Assembly (NCBI GenBank): GCA_041751935.1
Contig: JBGSIA010000057.1
Span: forward strand, 1 to 64,000
Source of the DNA: Pirellulaceae bacterium
GTDB lineage: Bacteria > Planctomycetota > Planctomycetia > Pirellulales > Pirellulaceae
Length of the DNA: 64,000 bases
Direction of reading: 5' to 3'
Below are positions 26,938-37,586 of the stretch, piece after piece. The translations under genes were made by a program, and so were the position numbers. Numbering within the stretch: position 1 is the stretch's first letter; each line of letters starts with the position of its first letter. The notes beneath the pieces are model-generated. The model did no database searches, was not told where the DNA came from, and was given only the letters and a program-made list of their open reading frames with translations.

Positions 26938-28686
26938 CTACGCCACCTTCTTACCACAGGGAGCCCTTAGGTCAAACAAGCCAAAGATCTCATCCCGAGT
27001 CAATCCGCCACCTTGAGCTGGCGTTGGAATGGAATTCGGATCGTGATTGAACAGTGTGTCAAACATTTGGCGTTTTTGATCCAGGATGTATGCGATTCGT
27101 TGTTCGATCGTGTTCATCGCCATCAGCCGAGTGACTGTAACTGGGCCAGCGACTCCGATGCGGTGGGCACGGTTGATAGCTTGGTCCTCGATCGCCGGGT
27201 TCCACCAACGATCAAACAAAAACACGTACTGACAAAACTGTAAGTTCAAACCAACGCTTCCCGCGCCATAGCTCATCAAGATAACGCTGCTCTGGGAATC
27301 GTTCTTGAACTGATCGATGACGCCTTCGCGTTTCTTGTGTGGAACACGACCGTGGTATTCCAGCGGACCAAATCGTTCCAGTGCTGGTCGCATCTTGTCG
27401 ATACTGTTGACCCATTGGCTAAACACGATCGCCTTGTAGCCGCTAGCAACGACCTCTTCCATGTCCGCCACAAGTCGTTCGAGCTTGGCACTACAGCCGG
27501 TGACGGGATCAAAGTTGCAGATCTGTTTCAGCCGCAGCACGAGTTCGAAGACGTGCTGGATGGTTAGCTCTTGATTCAGCTCTTCCAGGTTAACGATGCC
27601 TTCCTTTTCAGCTGTTTCATACGTAGCCCACTGTTCAGGCGTGAGCTCCAAGTCGGCATCACGAAACATCTTGGGCGGCATGTCGTCGAGAACCATGTCT
27701 TTGGTACGTCGGAGGATAAAATCTCGCGACGCTTGGGCCATTTGAGCCATAGGCATCTCGCTCTTGAGGTGACCAGGCGATAGGTACTCAAAGATGCCCA
27801 CCAAATCTTCCGGCGAATTCTCGACCGGCGTGCCGGTAAGCGCCCACGAGCGAGTACGAGGGATTGCGCGAACGATTTCGCTGGTGGTACTGTTCTTATT
27901 CTTGATGCGTTGTGCTTCATCAAGCACCACCAAATCAAAATGCAAACCGCTATCCAATACAGTTTCGCGATCGCGCATCAGCAACTCATAGTTGGCGATG
28001 CGAACGGGAACCTCGGGTGATCGCCATTGAAAATCACGTCGACCAGAGTTGCCTTCAATCGCGGTCACAGGAATCTCTGGAGCCCAAACGCGAAATTCTC
28101 GCTGCCAATTACTCACTAGAGGTTTGGGACAGACCAGTAACACACTTCGCACTTCACCGCTGCACAACAAGAGCCGAATCGTGCTGATGGCTTGCATCGT
28201 CTTTCCCAGACCCATTTCATCCGCAAGCACGCAAGCATAGCGAGGAAATAGGAACGCGATTCCATCGAGTTGGTAGGGAAACGGCTCAAAGGGAAAACTC
28301 AACTGTCCGCTGCCGACGAGCAAGTCCAAGGGCGGTTGTAACAGGTAGTAAAGACGATCTTGAAGTTTAACGATTTCCCGCGGTGGGCTGATGCGAGAAC
28401 GACGCAATACATCAGAATTGCTGGTGCGATTCTTTGATTTTGCATCGCGTACACGAGAGGACGCCGATGAGGTGCTGTCGCCAGCGGTTTTGGGCAATAC
28501 CCATTGGCTGGATTCGGGAAACAGAAATCCGGTCGCTCGCGCCGTTATCGGCGAAATTCGAATAGGAAGTGAACGAGGCTCGATCGATTCAATTACCAGT
28601 TCGTGCACCCGAGGTACAAGCGAGTCGCTTGTAAAACTGTGCATGAGATCGATTTCGGCGACGAGGCTACGTGAGTTGCCGATCAT
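26938..28686 (-). CDS. SNF2-family DEAD/DEAH helicase (RapA/HepA-like), compact 582-aa form
   Basis: Motif I 'LADEMGLGKTMQ', motif II 'VVLDEAQRIKN', and the C-terminal HELICc motif 'FLFDRWWNPAIEDQAINRAHRIG'. Confidence 0.8.
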   Translation of the reverse strand: MIGNSRSLVAEIDLMHSFTSDSLVPRVHELVIESIEPRSLPIRISPITARATGFLFPESSQWVLPKTAGDSTSSASSRVRDAKSKNRTSNSDVLRRSRISPPREIVKLQDRLYYLLQPPLDLLVGSGQLSFPFEPFPYQLDGIAFLFPRYACVLADEMGLGKTMQAISTIRLLLCSGEVRSVLLVCPKPLVSNWQREFRVWAPEIPVTAIEGNSGRRDFQWRSPEVPVRIANYELLMRDRETVLDSGLHFDLVVLDEAQRIKNKNSTTSEIVRAIPRTRSWALTGTPVENSPEDLVGIFEYLSPGHLKSEMPMAQMAQASRDFILRRTKDMVLDDMPPKMFRDADLELTPEQWATYETAEKEGIVNLEELNQELTIQHVFELVLRLKQICNFDPVTGCSAKLERLVADMEEVVASGYKAIVFSQWVNSIDKMRPALERFGPLEYHGRVPHKKREGVIDQFKNDSQSSVILMSYGAGSVGLNLQFCQYVFLFDRWWNPAIEDQAINRAHRIGVAGPVTVTRLMAMNTIEQRIAYILDQKRQMFDTLFNHDPNSIPTPAQGGGLTRDEIFGLFDLRAPCGKKVA

Positions 28687-29264
28687 GCTGCGGCGGCTCG
28701 CGAGATTTGCGATTGCGCTTCACGAATCGCTTCTCGAATTCGTTCAAACGGCTCGACGACATCGGGCAGTTCGTTGAACTTTTGGCTCAGTGTCGCGACC
28801 TTGTCCACTTGTTCGATAGCGACACGCAATGTTCCGCCGCAAAACGCAATCGCCGAGTAATTGGCCAACATGTCGTCGGTAATCGGGCCTTCGTCGTTCT
28901 CGGCCGCTTCTGTGACCAGCACTACCGGAGCATCGCAGAACAAATCCAGACGCAACGCTTCGGGTTGGTCGCAGCAGAGCAGCGAGATGGGCGTCCGAGC
29001 TTTCTCCAGCAGGAGTTTTCCGATGGTCTCGTTAATCAGATGACTGCGCAGGGTCGCGCCAAATAAAATTTCGTGGGTCTTGGTCGGTCGAACGGGCAGC
29101 GTGCACTGGAATTCCAATGGCCGACCGCTGCCGCCGAGTACCAATAGTCCACCGGTCCAGCCGGTACGTTCATTTTCGATGACCGTAAAATAAGCGATTG
29201 TTGCGGCATCGGATGTGGAGGCCATGCGTGTCCAAAAAGGAAAGGGATCGATCGCGACGTTCAT
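28683..29264 (-). CDS. Hypothetical protein translationally coupled to the SNF2 helicase
   Basis: 193 aa from the ATG at 29264 (MNVAIDPFPFW...). Its stop overlaps the helicase ATG as ATGA. I recognise no motif. Confidence 0.45.
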   Translation of the reverse strand: MNVAIDPFPFWTRMASTSDAATIAYFTVIENERTGWTGGLLVLGGSGRPLEFQCTLPVRPTKTHEILFGATLRSHLINETIGKLLLEKARTPISLLCCDQPEALRLDLFCDAPVVLVTEAAENDEGPITDDMLANYSAIAFCGGTLRVAIEQVDKVATLSQKFNELPDVVEPFERIREAIREAQSQISRAAAA

Positions 29265-29483
29265 TTGCCTTGCGGTCAATTCGCAGTCGCTGCATTTCTC
29301 CTTTTCGGCGCCTGCGTCGTGCCGACTTTAACGGCAATATCGATTGCGCGTTTCACGAATTGAAAAAGAAAAATGGGCCAACCGGCTCGTTTGCTCGACA
29401 AGCCAATTTTGTGGTGGTTATACTCGAAGCCTAGAGTTACAAAAAAGCTAAGCTCGCCAGCCGAAGCAGGAAGTTATCAAGAT

Positions 29484-29936
29484 ATGTCATCCTACGAACA
29501 GGAACCGATGTCACCGATGTTCCGAATCGACGTTTCGGCAGAGACCGGGACAGAAACGCCGCTGCCGAGTGACCGCGTGATGATCGAATTGCTCCGGCAG
29601 TTAGTCGTCGGCCAGCAGCAGCAAAGTAAGTTGATCGAGGATTTAACCGCCGCAACCGTGGCCCTGCAAAAACAGCGTGTCAGCGAACTGCAGCAGTGGA
29701 AAAACGCTAATCCCGATTTGGCTCGCGCGTGCCGTAAGGCTGCCGAGACCCTCAGTCGGGTACAGACCCAGTTTTTAGAAAATCTCACCGAGGAAATCGT
29801 GGAAAACGAAGAGAACCTCGTTGAAGGCGAATTCATGCTCAATGAGTTCGTTGACCGCTTTGGCCCCCGATTGGCTCATCTGAACGGCGTTCTGCAGGTT
29901 TTAGCCCAGCTGGGTACCGGCGAACCGGTAAGCTAA
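29484..29936 (+). CDS. Hypothetical acidic coiled-coil protein
   Basis: ATG at 29484 has an AGGAAG sequence 11 nt upstream. Predicted helical and Gln/Glu-rich. A GTCGGC-ttcta-GCCGAC hairpin follows the stop. Confidence 0.4.
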   Translation: MSSYEQEPMSPMFRIDVSAETGTETPLPSDRVMIELLRQLVVGQQQQSKLIEDLTAATVALQKQRVSELQQWKNANPDLARACRKAAETLSRVQTQFLENLTEEIVENEENLVEGEFMLNEFVDRFGPRLAHLNGVLQVLAQLGTGEPVS

Positions 29937-30419
29937 CGGTGGTCGGTTTGCATAAAAGTGGTGTCGGCTTCTAGCCGACGATGCAGGCAACGGTGCTAAC
30001 AACCAACCCCCATACTTCGAGCTCGACACTCTGTCATTCAATCGAAGTCCGACCTACGGGTTTCCCCACATTCTCGTCGCAACGCAGGGGGGTGCGTGTC
30101 CGCAATGTCCGGTTGTACGGTCAAATTTACGGAGAGCCATCTTTACAAACGATTCGACCGTTATTTTAGGCGATTCAGGTAGTTGTTTTCAGCAACTTGC
30201 GCGACAGTTGCGGCGACTTTTGGGGCCTGGTCCGTATGATAGGGGCGAAGTATCCGACTGAAGAGGAAACTAATTCAACAGAGCATGCGTAGGTAGCATG
30301 CCGAGTGCAAGTCGGCAGACACTTCCCCAATGGAAACAATTCGAGTGTCAAATTCCTAATGTCTGGCATTTTGATCAGCGTTTGGATCTGACAGTCGTTC
30401 AATTTAGCGAGGTACGCCC

Positions 30420-30833
30420 ATGACCCGAAAAGCCGCGATATTAAAACTCCGAGAGACGCTGGTTCGTCGTCGAGACGCATTGCGTCGGGCGTTGCAAGGG
30501 GATCTGAGCTTGTTGCAGGAACTGCATCAACAGAAAACCGGAGATGTGCTTGATGCTGCTGCAGATACTGTGCAAGACGAATTGAACAGCCAACTCGTCG
30601 AAGTCGAAAGCCGCGAGCTTCATGCAATCGACGACGCGATCGCCCGCATCGAGGCAGGTGAGTTTGGCGTTTGTGAGGGCTGTGATAAACCGATTCCGAT
30701 TACGCGGTTACGCGCGGTTCCTTACGCCACCGATTGCATCGATTGTCGACGCAAAGCCGAATCCAAAAGCGGTGGCGGGACGGGCATTAGCTGGAACCGT
30801 GTATTCGACAATGTCGAGTTCGATTCAGTTTAA
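30420..30833 (+). CDS. DksA/TraR-family C4 zinc-finger transcription factor
   Basis: A coiled-coil N-terminus precedes 'CEGCDKPIP...CIDC', the C4 zinc finger of DksA/TraR. Confidence 0.75.
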   Translation: MTRKAAILKLRETLVRRRDALRRALQGDLSLLQELHQQKTGDVLDAAADTVQDELNSQLVEVESRELHAIDDAIARIEAGEFGVCEGCDKPIPITRLRAVPYATDCIDCRRKAESKSGGGTGISWNRVFDNVEFDSV

Positions 30834-30898
30834 TCTTGATTTGGGCTCAGCGCCATCTGGAATGCGGTGGCGCCAGCTACAACGATTGATTCAATCAC

Positions 30899-30931
30899 GA
30901 CGGTCGGCTAATTGTCCGACCGTTTTTTATT
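30899..30931 (+). terminator. Rho-independent terminator downstream of the dksA-like gene
   Basis: ACGGTCGG-ctaattgt-CCGACCGT, an 8-bp perfect stem, is followed by TTTTTTATT. Confidence 0.7.
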
Positions 30932-31076
30932 GCGCCGTTAACAACGGTTCTGAGTGTTGATTCGGTCACGATCAGCTCAACAAGTGTCGGGAAAGCTAGC
31001 CGGGTTCAATGGTCGATGCCTAGAATCGAACCACAGTCGTTGCAACCTTCCTCCCTGCATACGTCCGCGACCTTAA

Positions 31077-32384
31077 ATGATTACACGTCGAATCCAACGC
31101 CTTGTGCTGGCATCCTCTGTCGCGTTAACCGCATCCTGCACACTGGACGCATCGAGGCTATTGGCACAGGAAACCATTGGTGCTGATCTCCGTAGCAACT
31201 ATGGAGGCGTACCCTCGAATTCGGATACTTTCCGTGCGCGCCGACCGACGATGCCGTCATCGATTGCACCCTCTTCAATCGACCCACAACCCATCACGCC
31301 GTTTGCTCCGCAAAACCAAAGTTCGGTGGCGCGGATTGCTCCGACCAGCAATTCAGCCGGCAATCAGGCGGCATTGGACAGCAATCGCGAACGATTGTTT
31401 AACGAGCTGGCAGAAGAATTCGAAGCCTTCGATCGTCTGGGAAATCTTGTTAAGCGTGTGGCGCAACTGGTCCAGCCCAGCGTAATGCATATCGAAGCGC
31501 ACAAGACCGAGAATAATGCTGGAAAACGCGAGTCGTATGATGAGGCAGGTTCAGGAGTGATCCTCGATTTCGGTGGCGAGCGTTGGGTGTTAACCAATCG
31601 TCACGTGATCGCCGGTTCTAAGCCAAGTGAAATATTGTTGCGAACCAGTGACGGTCGTGAACTATCCCCTTCACGTGTCCTGTCCGATGCCAGCACCGAT
31701 GTTGCGGTTTTGAAAATCGAAGCCATGGATTTACCACCGGCGCGGATGGGCGATAGTGGTCAGGTTGAAATTGGCGATTTCGTTATTGCCATTGGCAGTC
31801 CATTCGGTCTGAGTCATAGCGTGACATTTGGTATCGTTAGCGCCAAAGGACGACGTGACCTCTCATTGGGCGAACAGAAAATCGATCTGCAAGATTTTTT
31901 TCAGACCGATGCGGCGATCAATCCCGGTAACAGCGGTGGGCCGCTGTTGAATTTGCGTGGCGAGGTGGTCGCCCTCAATACGGCGATCGCCAGCAGCAGT
32001 GGTGGCAGCGAAGGAATCGGTTTTGCAATTCCCATCAACATGGGTGTGCAAGTGGCTGATCAGTTGATTCGGTTCGGCAAACTTCGTCGCGGATATCTGG
32101 GCGTTACACTGGAGCCCGAGTTCACTCGCGCCGACATGGTTGCAGCGGGCTATCAAGCGTCCGGAGGAGCACTCGTAAAAAACGTTCGGCCTGGATCGCC
32201 AGCGGCGCTCGCGCGGCTACAACGTGGCGACATCATCGTCGAGTTCGACGGCCGACTCGTCGATGATGATGATCATCTTGTCGCGCAAGTCGGATTAACC
32301 CCTCTTGGCAGTTCCGTTCCGATGATTATTTATCGCGACGGTAATCGATACCGCACCGATGTTGTCTTGGTGGATTTGGAGTGA
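31077..32384 (+). CDS. HtrA/DegP-family periplasmic serine endopeptidase with PDZ domain
   Basis: 'VLTNRHVIAG' (His), 'DVAVLKIE' (Asp) and 'GNSGGPLLN' (Ser) form the catalytic triad. The C-terminal PDZ domain shows in 'RGYLGVTLEP'. Confidence 0.85.
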   Translation: MITRRIQRLVLASSVALTASCTLDASRLLAQETIGADLRSNYGGVPSNSDTFRARRPTMPSSIAPSSIDPQPITPFAPQNQSSVARIAPTSNSAGNQAALDSNRERLFNELAEEFEAFDRLGNLVKRVAQLVQPSVMHIEAHKTENNAGKRESYDEAGSGVILDFGGERWVLTNRHVIAGSKPSEILLRTSDGRELSPSRVLSDASTDVAVLKIEAMDLPPARMGDSGQVEIGDFVIAIGSPFGLSHSVTFGIVSAKGRRDLSLGEQKIDLQDFFQTDAAINPGNSGGPLLNLRGEVVALNTAIASSSGGSEGIGFAIPINMGVQVADQLIRFGKLRRGYLGVTLEPEFTRADMVAAGYQASGGALVKNVRPGSPAALARLQRGDIIVEFDGRLVDDDDHLVAQVGLTPLGSSVPMIIYRDGNRYRTDVVLVDLE

Positions 32385-32406
32385 TTTGTCGTTGTTGAGG
32401 ATGGGG

Positions 32407-33825
32407 TCAAACCATTCGCATTTGTTTCCAGCGTCCTTGCAGGAATCGAGCGGTCATGCTGACGGCTAACAGCCACACCCACAATGTCACCATCCACCAC
32501 CACCACATCAAACCATCCGTCGTGGGCTCGCCGAAGATTCCAATCGATAGCGTGATGACGGACACGCTGAAACCGGCGGCCAGCACAAACCATGTATCAC
32601 CGGCGCCACGAAGTGCACCAGAGAGAATCAGTTGAGTTGCGTCGACAAGGACATACAGGGCAACGAACCACAACAATCCGCTAGCCATTTCAATTGCGGC
32701 CAGCGACTCCGGCGTTGAAGTTCGCACCTTGTACAGCGACAGCATCCAGTCCGGTAAGAGAATGTAGCCGATTCCCCAAATCAGCGAATAGATCCAGCCG
32801 ATCATGAGTGCGGCGACGACGGATTGAATGGCGCGTCTAGGGCCACTTTGAATCAAGTGCCGACCCACAAGGACTGATGCCGCGATCGAAACTCCGACCA
32901 GCGGAATGAAGGCGACCATGTTGAAGTTGATTGCCATGGTTGTCGCTCGGAGTGGTACATCACCAAGTCGACCGATCCGCAGCACGATCATCGAGAAGCC
33001 ACCGGCCTCGTTTAAGTACATCAACCCAGTCGGAAAGCCGAAATAAATCAGTTTTCGGAACATCGCCAAATCCAGACTCATTCCGCGAATGATTCCGTAG
33101 CGTTGCTGCAGGCTGGGGGCTATCAACATCCCGGCGAAGCATGCCGCTTTGAACCAGAAAGCGATGCTGCTGGCCAGTCCTGCACCGGCGATTCCCATTT
33201 CCGGAATCGGTCCGAAGCCAAAGATCATTAGCAGATCAAGAACGACATTCAGAAAGCCAGCGGCGAGGCTGACCCACATAATCGCTGCGGCGCGTTCGGT
33301 ACCACTAAAAAATCCGCTCAAAGCTGTTTCCAGCACACTGGCTACGCTACCGATCATCAACGTTCGCAAGTAAATCGATTCGAGCGGTACCAGCGATTCC
33401 GGTTGGTCAGCTAATCGAAACAGTTCCGGCGCGTAGTATGCCATTGCGGCAAAGAACGGCAGCGTTCCCAGCGACAACCAAACGGATTGCCAAAGAAAGC
33501 GACCAACGCACTCCTGTTGCTTGGCACCAACCAATTGGCTGATGATCGCGCCCGTCATCGAGGCAATTCCCATCGGGAAACAGACCGCAGTCCAATAGAG
33601 ATTGCCGCCAGCCATCGAGGCGCTCATGGCTGTGCCATCGTACCACAGCAACAACGTTCGATCCGCGAACAGGACTAACGAAAACGTTGCCGTACTGACC
33701 ATCAGCGGCAGCGAGATCCGCAGGACTTCGAGGATCGCGTGACCCCACGTCGATTCCGGGTCCGGCTGTAATCGATCTTCCGGAGTTTCGATCGATGCGG
33801 GAGTTTCAGTGAAAGGTGCGTTCAC
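32407..33825 (-). CDS. MATE-family multidrug/oligosaccharidyl-lipid efflux transporter
   Basis: A 12-TM profile with two MatE repeats (IISQLVGAKQ..., GFFSGTERAA...). Confidence 0.8.
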   Translation of the reverse strand: MNAPFTETPASIETPEDRLQPDPESTWGHAILEVLRISLPLMVSTATFSLVLFADRTLLLWYDGTAMSASMAGGNLYWTAVCFPMGIASMTGAIISQLVGAKQQECVGRFLWQSVWLSLGTLPFFAAMAYYAPELFRLADQPESLVPLESIYLRTLMIGSVASVLETALSGFFSGTERAAAIMWVSLAAGFLNVVLDLLMIFGFGPIPEMGIAGAGLASSIAFWFKAACFAGMLIAPSLQQRYGIIRGMSLDLAMFRKLIYFGFPTGLMYLNEAGGFSMIVLRIGRLGDVPLRATTMAINFNMVAFIPLVGVSIAASVLVGRHLIQSGPRRAIQSVVAALMIGWIYSLIWGIGYILLPDWMLSLYKVRTSTPESLAAIEMASGLLWFVALYVLVDATQLILSGALRGAGDTWFVLAAGFSVSVITLSIGIFGEPTTDGLMWWWWMVTLWVWLLAVSMTARFLQGRWKQMRMV

Positions 33826-33832
33826 AGGCCAT

Positions 33833-34828
33833 TCACGATCGAAGCTGGCACACCAGCGGCGCCGCAGCCATCCCGGCGATCAAACCGCCCAAGTGACCGC
33901 CATTGGCTACATTGGGAATCATCGGAGTGAAACAAAGCACCAACCAACCGAGCATCAGCGCTACATTCGTTGGTGCCAATCGAATTGGGAACGACGCATC
34001 GATTAGTGGTCGAATCCATAAATAACCAAACAAACCGTAAACGGCTCCCGACGCTCCGATTGCAAACGGCGAACCGCCAAGCGTTTCGGGAAACATTACC
34101 TGCACCAGCATCCCAACGATTTGTGTAACCACAGTCAAGACGAGAAAGAACACGCTGCCGTGCAACCGCTCGATCATGGAACCAAGCGAATAGATCCACA
34201 GCATATTGAACAGCAAATGAAACGTGCTGCCGTGCAAAAACAGTGGCGTTACAAGTCGCCAAAGTTCGCCGTTTTTTATGGACTTGAATGGGTCATCGAT
34301 GACATACTCCGGGGCCTCCACTTCGCGTGGGTCGAGGAAACACATCGTTGCGAAAATCTTCTCCTCCGCTGAATATTCCCCCGGCTCTGCAGCGCGTCGA
34401 GGATTACCAAAACTTGTTGCGAAACTGCTGATCACCGAGATCACCAGAATCGCGACCGTGATGGGAATCGATTGCTGGCGAACCGAAACTCCACCGGGCA
34501 ACCCGCCGGTGGCTGAAGCACGACGCATCGGTGCAGCGCGAGTAAAACTCTTTCGTTTGATGTTCTCCGCGATGCGCTGGTCACGAATCTGACCGGCTTG
34601 CTGGGAACGATTAAACCGCGAGTCGTCTGGCGCCCGGCGATAATCCTCCAAGAGTGCTCGCGCCCGGTCGACCGCGGATTCGTCGCGAATCCAGATTTCG
34701 TAAACTAAATCGTGGCTTCCGCTCGCACCTTCGGCGACGTCAACGAAAGCGTCGATGGACTCGGTTGTGAGGAAATCGCGAAATCGCTCCGCCTGTGTTT
34801 CATCGCTGAGGGAACCAATTCGACGCAT
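33833..34828 (-). CDS. Rhomboid-family intramembrane serine protease with N-terminal cytoplasmic domain
   Basis: The 'GASGAVYGLFGY' GxSG motif and the TM6 His in 'NGGHLGGLIAG' are present. 'ELWRLVTPLFLHG' is a typical rhomboid loop. Confidence 0.8.
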   Translation of the reverse strand: MRRIGSLSDETQAERFRDFLTTESIDAFVDVAEGASGSHDLVYEIWIRDESAVDRARALLEDYRRAPDDSRFNRSQQAGQIRDQRIAENIKRKSFTRAAPMRRASATGGLPGGVSVRQQSIPITVAILVISVISSFATSFGNPRRAAEPGEYSAEEKIFATMCFLDPREVEAPEYVIDDPFKSIKNGELWRLVTPLFLHGSTFHLLFNMLWIYSLGSMIERLHGSVFFLVLTVVTQIVGMLVQVMFPETLGGSPFAIGASGAVYGLFGYLWIRPLIDASFPIRLAPTNVALMLGWLVLCFTPMIPNVANGGHLGGLIAGMAAAPLVCQLRS

Positions 34829-35084
34829 GGATACGAACTACCGAAAAGCGAAAGCTCACACGTGCACAGCGAATGGGCACTGAAAGCAGAATCTGGATGG
34901 CCAGCGACTGTTGTACGCCGTGGACCCCGAATGTGCCCACCCCCTTTGAGTTCGCATTGTGGCTGGGCGTGCGTTTTCGCACCAATTCACGTTGATTGCG
35001 ACTTGCCAGCACCTCCCCTGCATGAATATGATGTAGCTGATATTTGTCCAATTCAATTCGCCTATTGAAGGGGTTGATCCCACG

Positions 35085-35417
35085 ATGGCAGTTAAGCTGA
35101 CTGAACGTGCCGCTGAGGAAGTCAAGCGGTTTCGCACTGAACATAATTTTGACGAGACGATGGTGCTTCGAATCGGAGTCGCCGGTGGTGGCTGCAGCGG
35201 GTTCAATTACACGCTGAATTTCGATGACAACTTTGACGAAAAGGCTGACAGCAAGTTTGACTGCCACGGTGTTCCCGTGGTTGTCGACAAGAAAAGTGCC
35301 TTGTATCTCGACGGAACCACCGTGGATTGGTTCGATAGCTTGGAAAAACAGGGGTTCACGTTTGAGAATCCCAACGCCGTGAAAACCTGTGGTTGCGGCA
35401 GTTCCTTTCAAGCGTAA
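35085..35417 (+). CDS. HesB/IscA/ErpA-family iron-sulfur cluster insertion protein
   Basis: 110 aa with 'GGGCSGFNY' and the C-terminal 'CGCGSSF' A-type carrier signature. Confidence 0.85.
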   Translation: MAVKLTERAAEEVKRFRTEHNFDETMVLRIGVAGGGCSGFNYTLNFDDNFDEKADSKFDCHGVPVVVDKKSALYLDGTTVDWFDSLEKQGFTFENPNAVKTCGCGSSFQA

Positions 35418-35666
35418 GACCGGTGTTCCCTCTCGTTAGGGATCTGGACCCAGAATAAGCCTAATAAACCCGATGGCTTGCACCGCGAAGGTGTGGTCAA
35501 TCGGGTTTTTTTCGTTCGCTTTGCTTGGGGAAAAACACGAAAATTTAATTTCTAGGGATCTTCGTAACTTCTTTTAGCTAGCAAGTGCCAGCCAGGGTGG
35601 CTAAAAACTTGCATGCGTTCGAGGAGCGCTGACATATCCATTCAACGCGTGAAGGGTCGATTATCA

Positions 35667-37586
35667 ATGAGTGTTGCGGAGTCAGATGTTTGGACCGGAG
35701 CAGATTCTGCAGCACTGTATGACGTCGACCGTTGGGGAGACGGGTACTTTCACGTCTCTGCCGAAGGCCGGTTGCTGGTTTCCCCAGATCGTGATCCCTC
35801 GCACTCGCTCGACCTAAAGGATCTTGTCGATCGACTGATTCAGCGAGGTCTCGATCTGCCAATCTTGGTTCGCTTCAACGGAATCTTGCAAGATCGACTG
35901 CGTCAGCTACATGATTGCTTTAGCATCGCAATCGCTGATCATGAGTACCAGAACCGCTATCGCTGTGTCTTTCCGATCAAGGTCAACCAGCAGCGTGAAG
36001 TTGTCCAGAAAGTGATCCAGTACGGGCGCGAATTCGGCTTCGGTGTCGAGGCCGGCAGTAAGCCAGAGCTGCTAGCCGTCGTAGCGATGACGGACCCTCA
36101 GATGCCGATCATTTGCAATGGGTTCAAAGATGACGACTTCATTCGTATGGCTTTGCTCGCTCAACAGATCGGCCGCACGGTAATCCCTGTCGTGGAAAAA
36201 GTTAGCGAACTGAGCCTTATCCTGCGTCACAGCAAAGAAATTGGCGTCCGCCCAACGATTGGAATGCGAGTCAAACTTGCGACACGTGGATCGGGACGTT
36301 GGCAAGCCAGTGGTGGATATCGTTCGAAATTTGGGCTGACGGTTGGCGAGATGCTCCAGCAGCTGGATCGTCTCGAAGCCTGTGGAATGGCTGATTGCTT
36401 TAAGCTGCTCCATTTTCACGTCGGCAGCCAAATTACTCATATTCGTCAGCTCAAGAGCGCCATTCTCGAGGCGGCGAGGATCTACGTTGATCTGCATCGG
36501 CGCGGAGCAGGGCTGGAATACTTGGACGTTGGCGGTGGACTCGGTGTTGACTATGACGGGTCACGCACTGACACGGAATCCAGCATGAATTACACCATGC
36601 AAGAATACGCTAACGACGTTGTTTACCATGTCCAGACAGTGTGCGATGAAGCCGGGGTGCCCCATCCTCAGTTGGTTTCTGAGAGTGGTCGCGCCGTTGC
36701 TGCGCATCACAGCGTTTTGATCATGGATACGTTGGGAGTGACCGCCCAGGGGAATTTTCATGAACTGCCTGCAGAAATTCCCGAAGAGTTCGAGCAACCG
36801 GTGCATGACCTGTGGTCGACCTACCAGGACCTCACTTCGGAGAATTTTCTCGAATCGTTCCACGATGCACAGGCTTCGTTGGATCTGTCAATGAATTTAT
36901 TCAGTGGCGGTTACCTGCCACTTGAACAGCGAGTCACAGCAGAGAACTTGTACTTTGCAATATGCAATCGGATTCAGGAGATCACGGCCGAAATGGTTGA
37001 GGCTCCTGAAGAGGTGAAAGACCTCGATCGGATGCTGTCAGACATCTACTTCGCCAATTTTTCATTGTTTCAATCGATGCCCGACTCGTGGGCAATCGAT
37101 CAGCTCTTTCCGGTGATGCCGATCCACCGCCTGGATGAGCGGCCAACACGGCATGCGGTTCTCGGTGATATCACCTGCGACAGCGACGGAAAAATCGATG
37201 GTTTTGTTTGTGGCGGACGGCGACAACGGACATTGATGTTGCACGAATTTCGACCCGATGAGCCATACCAAATCGCGGTTTTTATGGTCGGAGCCTATCA
37301 AGAAATTCTTGGCGATCTGCACAATCTGTTCGGTGATACGCATGCCGTGCATGTAGACCTGCAGGGTGACTCAGCAACGATCCAGTCGATCGTTAAGGGC
37401 GATACCGTGAGCGAAGTGCTGCGATATGTCCAGTTCGATGACCGGGAACTCATCGAGAAGCTGCAGGATGCCGTCGAGGAAGCCGTGCAAGCCGGGCGGA
37501 TCGATAATGAGCAAGCTGGAAAAACAATTCGCTTCTACGAAAAGGCTTTGGGCAGCTACACCTATTTACTTGGTGAAACTGAATGA
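35667..37586 (+). CDS. speA: Biosynthetic arginine decarboxylase
   Basis: Collinear with E. coli SpeA: 'YDVDRWGDGYFHVSAEGRLLVSPD' matches the N-terminus. The fold-III PLP region is 'FPIKVNQQREVV' and the C-terminal region is 'DITCDSDGKI'. The start is ATG at 35667 or 35613. Confidence 0.85.
   Translation: MSVAESDVWTGADSAALYDVDRWGDGYFHVSAEGRLLVSPDRDPSHSLDLKDLVDRLIQRGLDLPILVRFNGILQDRLRQLHDCFSIAIADHEYQNRYRCVFPIKVNQQREVVQKVIQYGREFGFGVEAGSKPELLAVVAMTDPQMPIICNGFKDDDFIRMALLAQQIGRTVIPVVEKVSELSLILRHSKEIGVRPTIGMRVKLATRGSGRWQASGGYRSKFGLTVGEMLQQLDRLEACGMADCFKLLHFHVGSQITHIRQLKSAILEAARIYVDLHRRGAGLEYLDVGGGLGVDYDGSRTDTESSMNYTMQEYANDVVYHVQTVCDEAGVPHPQLVSESGRAVAAHHSVLIMDTLGVTAQGNFHELPAEIPEEFEQPVHDLWSTYQDLTSENFLESFHDAQASLDLSMNLFSGGYLPLEQRVTAENLYFAICNRIQEITAEMVEAPEEVKDLDRMLSDIYFANFSLFQSMPDSWAIDQLFPVMPIHRLDERPTRHAVLGDITCDSDGKIDGFVCGGRRQRTLMLHEFRPDEPYQIAVFMVGAYQEILGDLHNLFGDTHAVHVDLQGDSATIQSIVKGDTVSEVLRYVQFDDRELIEKLQDAVEEAVQAGRIDNEQAGKTIRFYEKALGSYTYLLGETE

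Noticed and set aside
30175-30627. 150-aa minus-strand ORF
   Set aside because: It overlaps the well-supported DksA-like gene on the opposite strand and the structured leader. It matches no motif.
34800-35411. 203-aa and 116-aa minus-strand ORFs
   Set aside because: They are antisense to the clearly conserved IscA/HesB gene and its upstream spacer.
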